From Deltaproteobacteria bacterium (GTDB lineage Bacteria > Desulfobacterota > Syntrophia > Syntrophales > Smithellaceae), in the NCBI GenBank assembly GCA_026388535.1, contig JAPLJP010000093.1:14553-78552 (forward strand): a DNA stretch of 64,000 nucleotides, in the 5' to 3' direction. The position numbers and the translations under genes were made by a program. The notes under the pieces were generated by a model, which was not told the DNA's origin, made no database searches, and was given only the letters and a program-made list of their open reading frames with translations. Shown piece after piece: positions 9,302-19,495 of this stretch. How positions within the stretch are numbered: the stretch's first letter is position 1; every line of letters starts with the position of its first letter.

Positions 9302-9398
9302 AAAAACGAATAACAAACTGTATCGAAATCATTCTCATCTCTATCCTGCTTCTTCCCGGCACAACAGAGAAAACATCTGCGAAGATATTAATATTGCC

Positions 9399-9427
9399 TT
9401 GACATAAGAAATATAAGTTTTTAAAGT
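9399..9427 (+). promoter_or_regulatory. Candidate sigma70-like promoter for radical SAM paralogue 2
   Basis: TTGACA (9399-9404), a 17-nt spacer and TAAAGT (9422-9427). Confidence 0.3.
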
Positions 9428-9486
9428 CACGTTATGGAAAAACAATATTTTATCAAATTAAATTTTGGAATTTCTTACTTTTCTTC

Positions 9487-10869
9487 ATGAAAATATTACT
9501 GGTAAATCCCATCACCCGCAATATTTCTTTATCTTCACCTGATCTGGGATTGGGCTATCTGGCCGGAGCCCTGGAAAAAGAAAAGCATCAGGTTGATATA
9601 CTGGATTGTGTAAATCTCAGAATGACGTATAACAAATTTGAAAATTATATTGCCGAAGTTGATTTTGACGTCATCGGTTTCAGAGTGTTTTCCACAGATT
9701 TGTTTTCTGTTAAAAAATCTTTGCAAATAGTCAGAAAGAGGCGTCCGGATGTTAAAATTATTCTCGGTGGAGCTCATCCGTCAGCCTTCCCCGAACAAAC
9801 CCTGCAATATTTTGAAGAAGCCGATTTTGCCATCAGAGGCGAAGCAGAAACAGGGCTGGCTGATTTAATAAGAAATTTACTCAATCCGGATAAAATCCAG
9901 AAAAAGAATATTCCCGGTCTGATCTGGCGAGAAAACGGGGAAATTAAATGCAACGATCCTGTTTTCCCCGAAGATTTGGATTTGCTGGGCTCACCTGACT
10001 GGAATTTAATAAATCCCTGTAATTATCCTTTTCAGACATCTTACCTTACACAATCAAAAATTGTGGCTCCTCTTATTATGACACGAGGCTGTCCTTACCG
10101 GTGCACATTTTGTTCCTGCCGTTCGGTAACCGGACATAAGATAAGATCTCACAGCGTTTCCTATATAATAGAGGAAATAAAATTTCTTAAATCAGAATTC
10201 GGAATAAAAGAGATATGTTTTATTGATGATAATTTTCTTGCTCTCAAACATCTGGCCACCGATTTGTGCGAACAAATGATTAAACAAAAAATTGATGTCC
10301 AGTGGTCCTGTTTTGGCATTCGTCTGGATCTGGTTGATGAAAACATTTTAAGTTTAATGGAAAAATCTGGCTGTTACTTATTGACCGTCGGAATAGAATC
10401 GGGTTCTCAGCGAATTCTCGATCATATGAAAAAAAAATTAACTCTTGATCTAATAAAAGAACAAGTAAACCTTATTAAAACCAAATCCAGCATCAAAGTT
10501 ATCGGCAATTTTATTCTGGGTTATCCAATGGAAACAGAAGATGATATTTACAAAACAATTAAAGTCGCCAGAAACCTGTCCCTCTATGGCGCCAATTTTT
10601 TCCCCTTTCATCCCACGCCCGGCACTGAAATTTTCGACGAATTAATCGCGAAAAAAGAATTAATGGTTATCAATTGGGAAATAATGGGACAAGACCGCAG
10701 GCCTTACATACCACAGGGTATCTCCAAACAAAAATTTACATGGTTATTTTTTCTGGCATTTATAAATTTTTATATGAGGCCAAGAATTATACTGAATGTT
10801 ATTCTGTCAACCAGATCTCTTGAAAGATTAAAATATGTTTTTTACAGAATTTTCAGAATAGTTAAATGA
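9487..10869 (+). CDS. B12-binding-domain radical SAM protein (class B), paralogue 2
   Basis: The protein is 460 aa. It has 'MKILLVNP...', 'ILGGAHPS' and the cluster 'TRGCPYRCTFC'. The C-terminus is hydrophobic: 'FTWLFFLAFINFYMRPRIILNVIL'. Confidence 0.85.
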   Translation: MKILLVNPITRNISLSSPDLGLGYLAGALEKEKHQVDILDCVNLRMTYNKFENYIAEVDFDVIGFRVFSTDLFSVKKSLQIVRKRRPDVKIILGGAHPSAFPEQTLQYFEEADFAIRGEAETGLADLIRNLLNPDKIQKKNIPGLIWRENGEIKCNDPVFPEDLDLLGSPDWNLINPCNYPFQTSYLTQSKIVAPLIMTRGCPYRCTFCSCRSVTGHKIRSHSVSYIIEEIKFLKSEFGIKEICFIDDNFLALKHLATDLCEQMIKQKIDVQWSCFGIRLDLVDENILSLMEKSGCYLLTVGIESGSQRILDHMKKKLTLDLIKEQVNLIKTKSSIKVIGNFILGYPMETEDDIYKTIKVARNLSLYGANFFPFHPTPGTEIFDELIAKKELMVINWEIMGQDRRPYIPQGISKQKFTWLFFLAFINFYMRPRIILNVILSTRSLERLKYVFYRIFRIVK

Positions 10870-10935
10870 TTTCTAGTTATTTATCTGCGGCTTCGGTATA
10901 ATTTTACCAAGGCAACTCAAAATGCCATATATTCC

Positions 10936-10964
10936 TTGACTCTAAAAATCATATTACTTATATT
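10936..10964 (+). promoter_or_regulatory. Candidate sigma70-like promoter for radical SAM paralogue 3
   Basis: TTGACT (10936-10941), a 17-nt spacer and TATATT (10959-10964). Confidence 0.45.
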
Positions 10965-11027
10965 CAAAAACCTGAAAGCAAAGCAATCTTAAACTCTCAC
11001 TATTAAAGTTATCTTTAGATAAATTAT

Positions 11028-12533
11028 ATGAAAATAGCCTTTCTCAACATCGCTCATGAATGTTTGGCGATATCAATATTATCGGCCATCGCCAAAGAAG
11101 AAGGGCACTCCGTAAAACTACTGCATGTCCCAACTCTTTTCAAAGATGGTTTTACCAGAGAATTTAAACGGCTGGCAAGATTATTCAGCAACGACAAACA
11201 AATATTCAAACAACTTGAGGATTATCAACCCGATCTAATCGCTTTTTCCGTAGTGACGTTTCATTATCAGATAGCGCTTCACTACGCTGAAATCTGTAAA
11301 AAGATTTGCCCCAACGCGAAAATTGTTTTCGGAGGCATACATGTTTCTTCTGTTCCCGCAGTAGTTATCGCCAACGAATTCATAGACTATGTGGTTATCG
11401 GAGAAGGAGAAGTTGCCTTCTCCGAAATCATCAAACATGTTGAAAATGGTGATTCCACCGAACCAATAGTAAACACCTGGTATAAAGCCAAAGACAACAC
11501 CATCATTAAAGGAAAACACGCCGGTTTCATCCAAGACCTCGATTCTCTTCCTCATTTTGACAAGGAAATCTGGAAAGAAATCTTTCCTTTAAAAACATAT
11601 TACCTCACCATGGCTTCCCGGGGATGTCCTTACAACTGTTCCTATTGTTTCAATCATTTCTTCAGAGATATTCCCGAAGAAAAATCAAACTATGTACGGA
11701 GAAGAAGTGTCAAACATGTAATAGAAGAATTAACCGCCGCTAAAGAAAAATACAAGATCAGCACGATTGAATTCTGGGATGATATTTTCATTTTTGATAA
11801 AAAGTGGCTGAAAGAATTTCTGGAGGCGTACAAGAAAGAAATTGCTCTTCCCTTCAAATGCTACATTCATGTTAATTTGTTTGATGAAGATACAGCAATG
11901 CAACTGAAAGATGCCGGCTGTAAATGGGTGGATTTTGGAATTCAAAATATTAATGAAGACTATCGTAAGAAATACCTAAAACGCAATGAAACAAACGCCA
12001 ATATAGTAAAGGCTCTACAATTGCTGAAAAAGTATAAAATAGTTTCCTTTGCAGATTATATTGTCGGATTACCGGGGGACACGGCAGATCATTATGAAGA
12101 GGCAAGGGTGTTCTTTATTGAAAACATGCCTGATATCATCGAACCCTACTGGATGTCATATCACCCCCAGACCGAAATCATTGAAAAGGGTTTTGAACAC
12201 AATATTTTAAATGCTGAAAAAATGGATTTAATTAATCATGGCCGTAACCCTCATAGTTATTTTGAAAGTTCCGTGGCGTCCAAAGATTTTCACAGCGAGT
12301 ATTATTTCATCCTTAAAGTTTTCCCCGCTTTACCGGTGTGGTTAAGACATAAGCTTACATACAGCGTTTCCAAAAAATTTCCTTACTTCATAAAACTGCT
12401 CTTTTTTATTTATTCTATCTTTTATCTGGCCTTTAAACATAAAAGCCCTCGGATAAAATATTTCACAGCATATTATATAAAACAAATCATCTGGATAATA
12501 AAATCAAAAATTTTTCCTAAAAAGTATATATAA
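11028..12533 (+). CDS. B12-binding-domain radical SAM protein (class B), paralogue 3
   Basis: The protein is 501 aa. It has 'MKIAFLNI...', 'VFGGIHVS' and the cluster 'SRGCPYNCSYC'. The C-terminus is hydrophobic: 'YFIKLLFFIYSIFYLAFKHK'. Confidence 0.85.
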   Translation: MKIAFLNIAHECLAISILSAIAKEEGHSVKLLHVPTLFKDGFTREFKRLARLFSNDKQIFKQLEDYQPDLIAFSVVTFHYQIALHYAEICKKICPNAKIVFGGIHVSSVPAVVIANEFIDYVVIGEGEVAFSEIIKHVENGDSTEPIVNTWYKAKDNTIIKGKHAGFIQDLDSLPHFDKEIWKEIFPLKTYYLTMASRGCPYNCSYCFNHFFRDIPEEKSNYVRRRSVKHVIEELTAAKEKYKISTIEFWDDIFIFDKKWLKEFLEAYKKEIALPFKCYIHVNLFDEDTAMQLKDAGCKWVDFGIQNINEDYRKKYLKRNETNANIVKALQLLKKYKIVSFADYIVGLPGDTADHYEEARVFFIENMPDIIEPYWMSYHPQTEIIEKGFEHNILNAEKMDLINHGRNPHSYFESSVASKDFHSEYYFILKVFPALPVWLRHKLTYSVSKKFPYFIKLLFFIYSIFYLAFKHKSPRIKYFTAYYIKQIIWIIKSKIFPKKYI

Positions 12534-12646
12534 TAAAATATAATTGGACGGGAAGGGAAATTGAGAACAAATTGTTAAGTAAGTATTTTACGATCAATCA
12601 TCTCGCAAAAGAAGACCAATCGGTTCAAAGCATATAAATTTTTATT

Positions 12647-14197
12647 ATGATCACAAATACAAAGAAAGAAACATTATATTTTATCGTTCCACGGTTTCCC
12701 TATCGCTTTATTACAGATCTCGAGTTCTTGCGAAAGATAACTAACAAAAAAGGATTCTCTTGTCCATTGTCTCTACCCTCCTTAATTAATCTAACCAATG
12801 AAACTAAGTGGAATATTTTGTTTACTGATGAAAACATCAGTAAAATTAATTATAATATTAAACCTTCACTTGTAGTTCTTTCTGCCATGACCTGTTATTT
12901 TGGAAGTGCTATTAAAATTGCACAAATATTTAAACAAAAAGGTATACCCGTGATATGCGGAGGTATTCATGTATCCCTTTATAAGAACATAAAAGATCAT
13001 CCCTTCTCATCAATAGTCATCGGGGAGGGTGAATATATCTGGAGGGAAATACTCAATGATCATCAGAAAGGATCATTAAAGCCAGTCTATAATAATGATC
13101 AGCATTCTCCTTTGATAGATATTAATTATGAAAAGGTTAATAGATATATTGATTTTTCAAAATATTGTTCTTATCCCATACAAACAACACGTGGCTGCCC
13201 TTTTAATTGTAATTTTTGTACAGTTACAGAATTTAATGGAAAAGAGACAAGACACCGTCAAATAGAAAACATTGTTAATGAGATTAAATATGTTCAAAAA
13301 ACAAACCACGAAATTATCTTTGTTGATGACAATATAATTGGTGACAAGAAATTTGCAAAAGATTTATTTGAGGCACTTGCCAAACAAAATATTTTTTGGG
13401 GTTCTCAATCTTCAATAAATATTGCCTTTGAAAAAGACCTTCTTGAATTGGCAGCGCAGGCTGGTTGTGAATATCTTTTTCTTGGTTTTGAATCAACGCA
13501 AAAAGAATCTCTCCAATTATTTAACAAGCAAGTGAATTTATCTGTAAAAGATAAATATAATGAAATTTTTCCCAATATTCGATCTCATGGCATAGAAATA
13601 GTAGCTTCTTTTATTTTAGGAAATGATTCGGATAACGGAGAATCATTTAGGCAGATTATTGATTTTATCGAAGATAACAATATTATTTACGCAATGGTAA
13701 ATATTTTAACTCCGCTACCGGGGACAGAACTGTTTAATACAATGGATAAAGCATCCCGCATTATTGATTATAATTTCACCCACTATGATGCACAACATGC
13801 TGTTTTTTCTCCAGCACAAATGAGTGCTTCTGATTTGGAAAAAGGATTATGTTTAATCTATAAAGATATCTACAATCTCAATGCACTATTCAGGCGAACC
13901 AAGGCTACTCTTTGTGAATACAAATTTTTTAACAAACGTAATTCTTCCAAATTTAACATAAGCTTTTTTCAAATAATTACCTATTTAAGGTTCATTTTAA
14001 GATTCATCTACCAGTTATTCCTTACTAATTCTCTTCATGTTTTAATTGACAGACTAATCTTTGTTTTTAGAATGTTCTTTCTTCTTTTTGATAATAAAGT
14101 CCGAGAGAAAAAGAATATTTTTTATTACCTTATTTTATGCATAAACTTGAACGATTTTTCCCGTGATACAATAAAACAGATTCAGAAAAGATATTAA
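12647..14197 (+). CDS. B12-binding-domain radical SAM protein (class B), paralogue 4
   Basis: The protein is 516 aa. It has 'VICGGIHVS' and the cluster 'TRGCPFNCNFC'. The C-terminus is hydrophobic: 'FFQIITYLRFILRFIYQLFL...LIFVFRMFFLLF'. Confidence 0.85.
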   Translation: MITNTKKETLYFIVPRFPYRFITDLEFLRKITNKKGFSCPLSLPSLINLTNETKWNILFTDENISKINYNIKPSLVVLSAMTCYFGSAIKIAQIFKQKGIPVICGGIHVSLYKNIKDHPFSSIVIGEGEYIWREILNDHQKGSLKPVYNNDQHSPLIDINYEKVNRYIDFSKYCSYPIQTTRGCPFNCNFCTVTEFNGKETRHRQIENIVNEIKYVQKTNHEIIFVDDNIIGDKKFAKDLFEALAKQNIFWGSQSSINIAFEKDLLELAAQAGCEYLFLGFESTQKESLQLFNKQVNLSVKDKYNEIFPNIRSHGIEIVASFILGNDSDNGESFRQIIDFIEDNNIIYAMVNILTPLPGTELFNTMDKASRIIDYNFTHYDAQHAVFSPAQMSASDLEKGLCLIYKDIYNLNALFRRTKATLCEYKFFNKRNSSKFNISFFQIITYLRFILRFIYQLFLTNSLHVLIDRLIFVFRMFFLLFDNKVREKKNIFYYLILCINLNDFSRDTIKQIQKRY

Positions 14198-14280
14198 TAA
14201 TTTTATCTCTTTAAGGTTAATTTTTTTCGGGGACAGTGCTTTTTTGCCAACTAAAATAATTTATAAACGATTTATTTTAC

Positions 14281-14356
<76 letters not shown>

Positions 14357-14495
14357 ATTCATTGAAGAGATGACGTATTTATATCAAGGGGTTTCCCTTG
14401 TCAACATCAATCTATATCTCCTTAATGATTGACATCTATGTTCTTTTCCTTTAGTTTCCATTAGAAAATTCCATCTAATAAGGTTTTTTTGAATT

Positions 14496-15608
14496 ATGTT
14501 TTTCTTCGTTTTAACCTTTTTATGCCTTTTTGGCGGCATTAATTTCTATGCATTTTTCCGGGCAAGAAGTATTTTTCATTTTTCCGGTTTTCCCCAAATC
14601 ATAATAATAATTGTGTTGATATTGCTGATTTGTGCTCCAATCCTGGTGAGGGTAGCGGAATCTTATCATCAGGAATTCCCGGCAAGGGCAATTGCTTATA
14701 TCGGTTATATCTGGATGGCTTTCGTCTTTCTCTTTTTCTTCTTCAACGTCACTTTTGAAATTATCGTATCTTTATACAAACTCATCGGGAGTGGAACTGG
14801 CTCGCTACCCCTTCGCAATTTTGCTTTTGGGGCAGCTATTTTTCTTGCCCTCATCTTCGTTGTTTATGGATTTTTTGATGCTCAAATAGTCAGAGTCAAA
14901 AAATTGGAAGTTCATACCGGGCAGTTGTTGCCCAATGACGGTAAAATCCGCATCGTCCAAATATCCGACGTGCATGTCGGGTTAATAATCCGGAATAGAC
15001 GTCTCCAAGTCATTCTCGATCAAGTAAAGGAGGCCAAGCCCGATATTCTAGTTTCCACAGGGGATTTACTGGATGGAGAACTTGATAATGTAATACCACA
15101 GGCCCAGCATTTTGTCTCTATCACGCCAAAGTATGGCAAATATGCCATTTTGGGCAATCATGAGTATTACGCAGGGCTTAAACGATCCATGGAGTTTACC
15201 AAAACAGCCGGATTTGATTTGCTAAGGGATGATATCCGGCAGATAGCAGGGCTAAGCATCTTCGGCGCTGATGATATCACTGGAAGAAGGCTGGGGGTAA
15301 GTAAAGACAACCTGCTTTTTGAAAAAATGCTTGCGCAACAAGGTAACGGTTTTGTTCTACTTTTAAAACATCAGCCTTTTGTCACTGATGGGGAGAATTT
15401 TAACTTGCAGCTTTCCGGCCACACTCATGGCGGCCAGATTTTCCCTTTTATGTTGATAACACGCTTGTTTTTTCCAAGAAATCAAGGATATTATCAGTTG
15501 GGAGTAAATAAATCGGTTTATATAACCAGTGGCGCCGGCACATGGGGGCCTCCAGTGCGAATTTTTGCGCCTCCGGAAATTACAATTATTGATTTAATAG
15601 GTAAATAA
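14496..15608 (+). CDS. Membrane-anchored metallophosphoesterase (calcineurin-like)
   Basis: The protein is 370 aa. Four N-terminal TM helices are followed by 'QISDVHVG', 'TGDLLDG', 'GNHEY' and 'GHTHGGQ', the canonical metallophosphoesterase motifs. Confidence 0.8.
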   Translation: MFFFVLTFLCLFGGINFYAFFRARSIFHFSGFPQIIIIIVLILLICAPILVRVAESYHQEFPARAIAYIGYIWMAFVFLFFFFNVTFEIIVSLYKLIGSGTGSLPLRNFAFGAAIFLALIFVVYGFFDAQIVRVKKLEVHTGQLLPNDGKIRIVQISDVHVGLIIRNRRLQVILDQVKEAKPDILVSTGDLLDGELDNVIPQAQHFVSITPKYGKYAILGNHEYYAGLKRSMEFTKTAGFDLLRDDIRQIAGLSIFGADDITGRRLGVSKDNLLFEKMLAQQGNGFVLLLKHQPFVTDGENFNLQLSGHTHGGQIFPFMLITRLFFPRNQGYYQLGVNKSVYITSGAGTWGPPVRIFAPPEITIIDLIGK

Positions 15609-15801
15609 TATAATTAAATTAGTAACATAAAATGTTTTTAGTCTAAGCGCGAAACTTAATTCGATTCATATATCTCCCTTCATTTCGTAAAATGTATTGA
15701 AGTTTAATAAAAGCATTTCCGTCGGGAAATTGGGTAATCTAATAAGGCGCAACTCAATAATAAATATTTTTGTATTTCCTTAATAAAATAACGTTTTTCC
15801 C

Positions 15802-15830
15802 TTGACAATGCGGATGAGCTTCTATATTAT
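15802..15830 (+). promoter_or_regulatory. Candidate sigma70-like promoter (would give a ~270-nt leader for the 16103 gene)
   Basis: TTGACA (15802-15807), a 17-nt spacer and TATTAT (15825-15830). Confidence 0.3.
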
Positions 15831-16102
15831 TTCGGCACTTTGCAAAATGAGTTATTTTATATCAAAAGCACAGACATTTTAATTGTCAACGCGCTTTTTT
15901 GTACCACTGGGAAACATAATCGTTTATTTGGTTGAAAATAAAATTAATCGAATAAATTTTATTATAATATTATCTGCATTTTTTATTATCTCGTCATTGA
16001 GATTAGCAATAATTTTAAAAAAGCATTATCATTACTTACGAAATTTGATTTGATTTTTACCAGACGGAAAAGCTCACAAGTGTTTCAGCCGAAAGGATAG
16101 TG

Positions 16103-17311
16103 ATGAAGAGTAAGATTTTTATTAAATTATTGTCGTTGGTCTTTTTAATATGTATTTTATTTGTAACACCACTTATGGCACAAGAACCAATCAGGGGAAT
16201 GCAGCTTGCTTTAAGGGGAATAAATGCTGATGATGCGGAAGTGGCAATTGATGATCCATCACCTAAAAATACTCAGTCGGCAGCGAAAGAACTGAAGAAG
16301 GATGACTCACCTAAGAATCCCCAGCAGGAAACGAAAGATCTGAAGCAAGATGGCTCACCAAAAAGCCTTGAGCAGGAAGTAAAGGAGTTAAAACAGGAAG
16401 TTCAAAGAATACGCAGTGAAAATGAAGCCAGAAAGAAACTGGAAATACCGGAAGAAGAAAAGAGTAAATCCGTAGAGGATATTCTTTCCGCCGTAGGACG
16501 TGAATATAGCCTTTTAAAAAAGGGAACCATCGGTCTTTCCTATACTCTCGGTTACTCATATTTTTCCGGAGATGCCATCTCCGACACCACACTAGTTGAA
16601 AAAAGATCAAATCACAACATCGTCAATATAATTACCGCTGAATACGCACTGTTCAATAACTTAACTATCGGCACAGGAATTCCTTTTGCCTATAAATACA
16701 ACAGAGTGGGTACATCATCTTCTCAAGAGGCAACCGATCTGGGAGATGTATCTTTAAGCTTATCATTGCAACCATTCAAATCAGGAGGAAAAATCCCCAC
16801 AACTATATTAAGCTTCGGTGCTTCCCTGCCCACAGGAACCAGTCCATACAGGGTTGATCTGAAAAACTCATTGCCGACTGGCTCAGGTCTTTACTCATTC
16901 AGCGGCGGTGTATCTCTTAGCAAGGTTTTGGATCCCCTGGTTGCTTTCGGAAGCCTGAACTACTCATACAGCCTCCCCGAAGAGGGTCTCTCTCAGAGAT
17001 GGGGGACAAAAGAAGTCCTTACAAAAGTTGATCCCGGCAGCAGCCTGGGGTTGGCGCTTGGTTTTGGTTACGCTTTGTCTTATCAGGCGTCTCTTAACTT
17101 AGGCGTTTCGTTCGGTTACTCTTTCGGCAGTAACTATATTATTAATAATATCACTGAATATAAATCAGGCAGTTCTGTTTCTTCTTCTTTTAATGTGGGC
17201 ACGGGATGGAGAATAAGCCCGACGCGATCCATATATGCGGGGCTTGCCATAGGACTGACAAATAGTGATGCTGACTTCTCATTTTCTGTCAGGTTGCCGT
17301 TTGAATTTTAA
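16103..17311 (+). CDS. Outer-membrane beta-barrel protein (putative) with a lysine-rich repeat/coiled-coil N-terminal region
   Basis: It has a signal peptide (KIFIKLLSLVFLICILFVTPLMAQE), three 16-aa repeats and then alternating-hydrophobic beta-strand-like sequence. It ends in ...RLPFEF, with the C-terminal Phe typical of OMP beta-signals. ATG 16103 is preceded by AAGGA. Confidence 0.55.
   Translation: MKSKIFIKLLSLVFLICILFVTPLMAQEPIRGMQLALRGINADDAEVAIDDPSPKNTQSAAKELKKDDSPKNPQQETKDLKQDGSPKSLEQEVKELKQEVQRIRSENEARKKLEIPEEEKSKSVEDILSAVGREYSLLKKGTIGLSYTLGYSYFSGDAISDTTLVEKRSNHNIVNIITAEYALFNNLTIGTGIPFAYKYNRVGTSSSQEATDLGDVSLSLSLQPFKSGGKIPTTILSFGASLPTGTSPYRVDLKNSLPTGSGLYSFSGGVSLSKVLDPLVAFGSLNYSYSLPEEGLSQRWGTKEVLTKVDPGSSLGLALGFGYALSYQASLNLGVSFGYSFGSNYIINNITEYKSGSSVSSSFNVGTGWRISPTRSIYAGLAIGLTNSDADFSFSVRLPFEF
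16253..16396 (+). repeat. 3 x 48-nt imperfect in-frame tandem repeat inside the OMP gene
   Basis: The units are DPSPKNTQSAAKELKK, DDSPKNPQQETKDLKQ and DGSPKSLEQEVKELKQ, at 16253-16300, 16301-16348 and 16349-16396. Confidence 0.8.
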
Positions 17312-17532
17312 GAAAATTTTTCAAAACGAGCAGAAGATAAGTGCCTTGGATAATGATTATGTAGCCGCTTTTAAATAAAATAAATAGTTGAAATTAGGAA
17401 AACAAAAAGATATACAAAATTAAATATTTAATTTTCTTTGTTTTCTTTTCTCGTACCAATGGGAATGAGAAGTTGTTCGTTAAAGCGAGAAAAATTTGTT
17501 TTTCTAATAAAACAATGGGGGAGCAGTAATTA

Positions 17533-19413
17533 ATGATAAGAATTTTAAAGTTCATAATGCTTATTTCCCGTCTGCCGTTATCGTTATTTTTCTCTTTCCA
17601 GGTTAAAAGACATAAGTTAAATAAATTATCCCGTTTGCAGACAATACTATACGTTACGTGCTTAGTCGCAGCCGCAGGCCTTTTTATCAAGCTACCGCAG
17701 GCACAAGCCGCGTTCGCGGAGCAGATTGCCATTGATCCCAGGGCCATTTCCCTTGCCAACACTGTTACCGCCGATCCTCCGGGCATCTCGTCCATTCATT
17801 ATAATCCTGCGGGGCTTTCAGATTTGGGTGATGGAAATCTTATCAGTATGGGAGCTATACCCGCATCCTTAAACATAACCACAAAATTTGAAGCTGATCC
17901 TAGCGTAGAACCATTTCATGATTTTAAGGGAGATTTAGTCATTGACCAGATTGCTGGCACCAAGTCAACCAACGCTTCCGGCAGGATGTACATCCCCCTC
18001 CTGGACATTACTGTAGATGCGATGGCTGGCCCCGTCTTCGGTGTCTCTCATCGGAATCCCGGTTCAAAATGGACCTTCGCCTACAGCGCTTATGCCCCGT
18101 ATGCCGGCGGCTGGGAATCTGGGAATAATTCTCCTGCACGGTATGAAGGACAGTCGGTAACTTTGCAGCATCTTATCTACGCCGGTCCGGCAATAAGTTA
18201 CAAGATAAACAATAATCTCTCTATCGGTGGTTCATTCGGTTTGGGTCAATCTGTAATGAATGTCAACATGGAAATGAGGTCGCCAAACGAATTAACAAAT
18301 ATAACAAAAATTCTCGGAGACGCTACCCATGATATGGCAAACCCCATATTCGACGTTACTATACCCTTTCCCCTGTTCGGCGGTGGAATAGGCCCCTATG
18401 ATTCGGTAGGAAACTTGTCCTTTAGCGCACGCGATGATTTTGCACCTTCTTATAATTTAGGCGTGCTGTGGGAACCTTTGGACTGGCTTTCCTTCGGAGC
18501 AGTTTACCAGAGCTCGACCAAAGCTCATTTAAGCGGAAAATATAAATTTAAGTACAATGATAACTGGCAGAGAATGGTTGCCTGGGAAGGAAGCACCGCT
18601 ATTATGCAGATTGTTTCCATGATATTTGATCTACCTTATGAAGTTACTTCAGAACAGACCGGATACGTTACCAGGGATGTGGAATGGCCGCAAATGGCCA
18701 GTGTAGGAATCAAGCTCAAACCGGTCAAACGGCTATCTCTTCTGGCCGACCTGCATTGGGCGCAATGGTCGTCTATTAAGCAGGACAATTTCGTCTTTGA
18801 TCAAAAAATTCAACTCCTCCAGGTATTAAAGTTTATGGGCTATAATGGCGGCGCCTATAATATGATCCTGGTTCGTAATCTCAAGGATACTTTGAACTGG
18901 TCAGTAGGCATCGAGTATCAGGCGCTGGACTGGCTATCGCTTCGCGCCGGCTACGAGAATAGAACCGCCTCTACGCGCGATGAATATTACGATGCGCTTT
19001 ACGCTATCCCCTCATTGGATTATTTCGGCGCAGGATTGGGAATCAAGTGGAAAAGCATAGATATCGATCTGGCATTAGGTTACATGGTCAACAAATCGTA
19101 CAAAGTTCCTGACAACGGCAGCGTCAATATGAACTCCACTCAGCTCGGCAGTGGACTTAACAACCCTTACAGAGGACTCAATTACGAGCAGGAAACAGCC
19201 ATCTACATGGGAGGTTTAAAAGCAACCATGCCTCTGGATATCATTACCGGCATGCTTTATAAGGGGATTGATTTGGTGAATCCCTTCAAACGGTCTGCCT
19301 CTAAAGGAAGTTTGAAAGCCGCCGGAATAGAGAAGCCTGTTGATTCGTCCGCGACTATTATAAATAATCTGCGGTATGAAGGGAACTATTATTACACGGA
19401 AGATATCGAGTAA
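17533..19413 (+). CDS. Outer-membrane transport protein, FadL/OMPP1/TodX-like
   Basis: The protein is 626 aa. A signal-peptide-like 'CLVAAAGLFIKLPQAQA/AF' is followed by 'IDPRAISLANTVTADPPGISSIHYNPAGLS', which resembles the FadL-family N-terminal hatch motif (...NPAG/A.L). The rest has beta-barrel-type composition. The start codon is uncertain. Confidence 0.55.
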   Translation: MIRILKFIMLISRLPLSLFFSFQVKRHKLNKLSRLQTILYVTCLVAAAGLFIKLPQAQAAFAEQIAIDPRAISLANTVTADPPGISSIHYNPAGLSDLGDGNLISMGAIPASLNITTKFEADPSVEPFHDFKGDLVIDQIAGTKSTNASGRMYIPLLDITVDAMAGPVFGVSHRNPGSKWTFAYSAYAPYAGGWESGNNSPARYEGQSVTLQHLIYAGPAISYKINNNLSIGGSFGLGQSVMNVNMEMRSPNELTNITKILGDATHDMANPIFDVTIPFPLFGGGIGPYDSVGNLSFSARDDFAPSYNLGVLWEPLDWLSFGAVYQSSTKAHLSGKYKFKYNDNWQRMVAWEGSTAIMQIVSMIFDLPYEVTSEQTGYVTRDVEWPQMASVGIKLKPVKRLSLLADLHWAQWSSIKQDNFVFDQKIQLLQVLKFMGYNGGAYNMILVRNLKDTLNWSVGIEYQALDWLSLRAGYENRTASTRDEYYDALYAIPSLDYFGAGLGIKWKSIDIDLALGYMVNKSYKVPDNGSVNMNSTQLGSGLNNPYRGLNYEQETAIYMGGLKATMPLDIITGMLYKGIDLVNPFKRSASKGSLKAAGIEKPVDSSATIINNLRYEGNYYYTEDIE

Positions 19414-19446
19414 TAAGAAACTTTCATACGCATATGTCTAAGTTCT

Positions 19447-19495
19447 AGCATTACCTGCTTGGAAAATCTACCTATGAGCGGGTAATGCTTTTTTA
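19447..19495 (+). terminator. Rho-independent terminator candidate for the FadL-like gene
   Basis: The stem is AGCATTACC (19447-19455) paired with GGTAATGCT (19481-19489), followed by a T-run. The 3' arm overlaps the last codons of the convergent minus-strand gene. Confidence 0.45.

Noticed and set aside
7469-14197. The radical-SAM cluster as a RiPP locus with precursor peptides in the spacers.
   Set aside because: Apart from the 18-codon ORF at 9434, the spacers contain only 5-15-codon ORFs with no RBS. There is no protease, no transporter and no RiPP recognition element that I could recognise.
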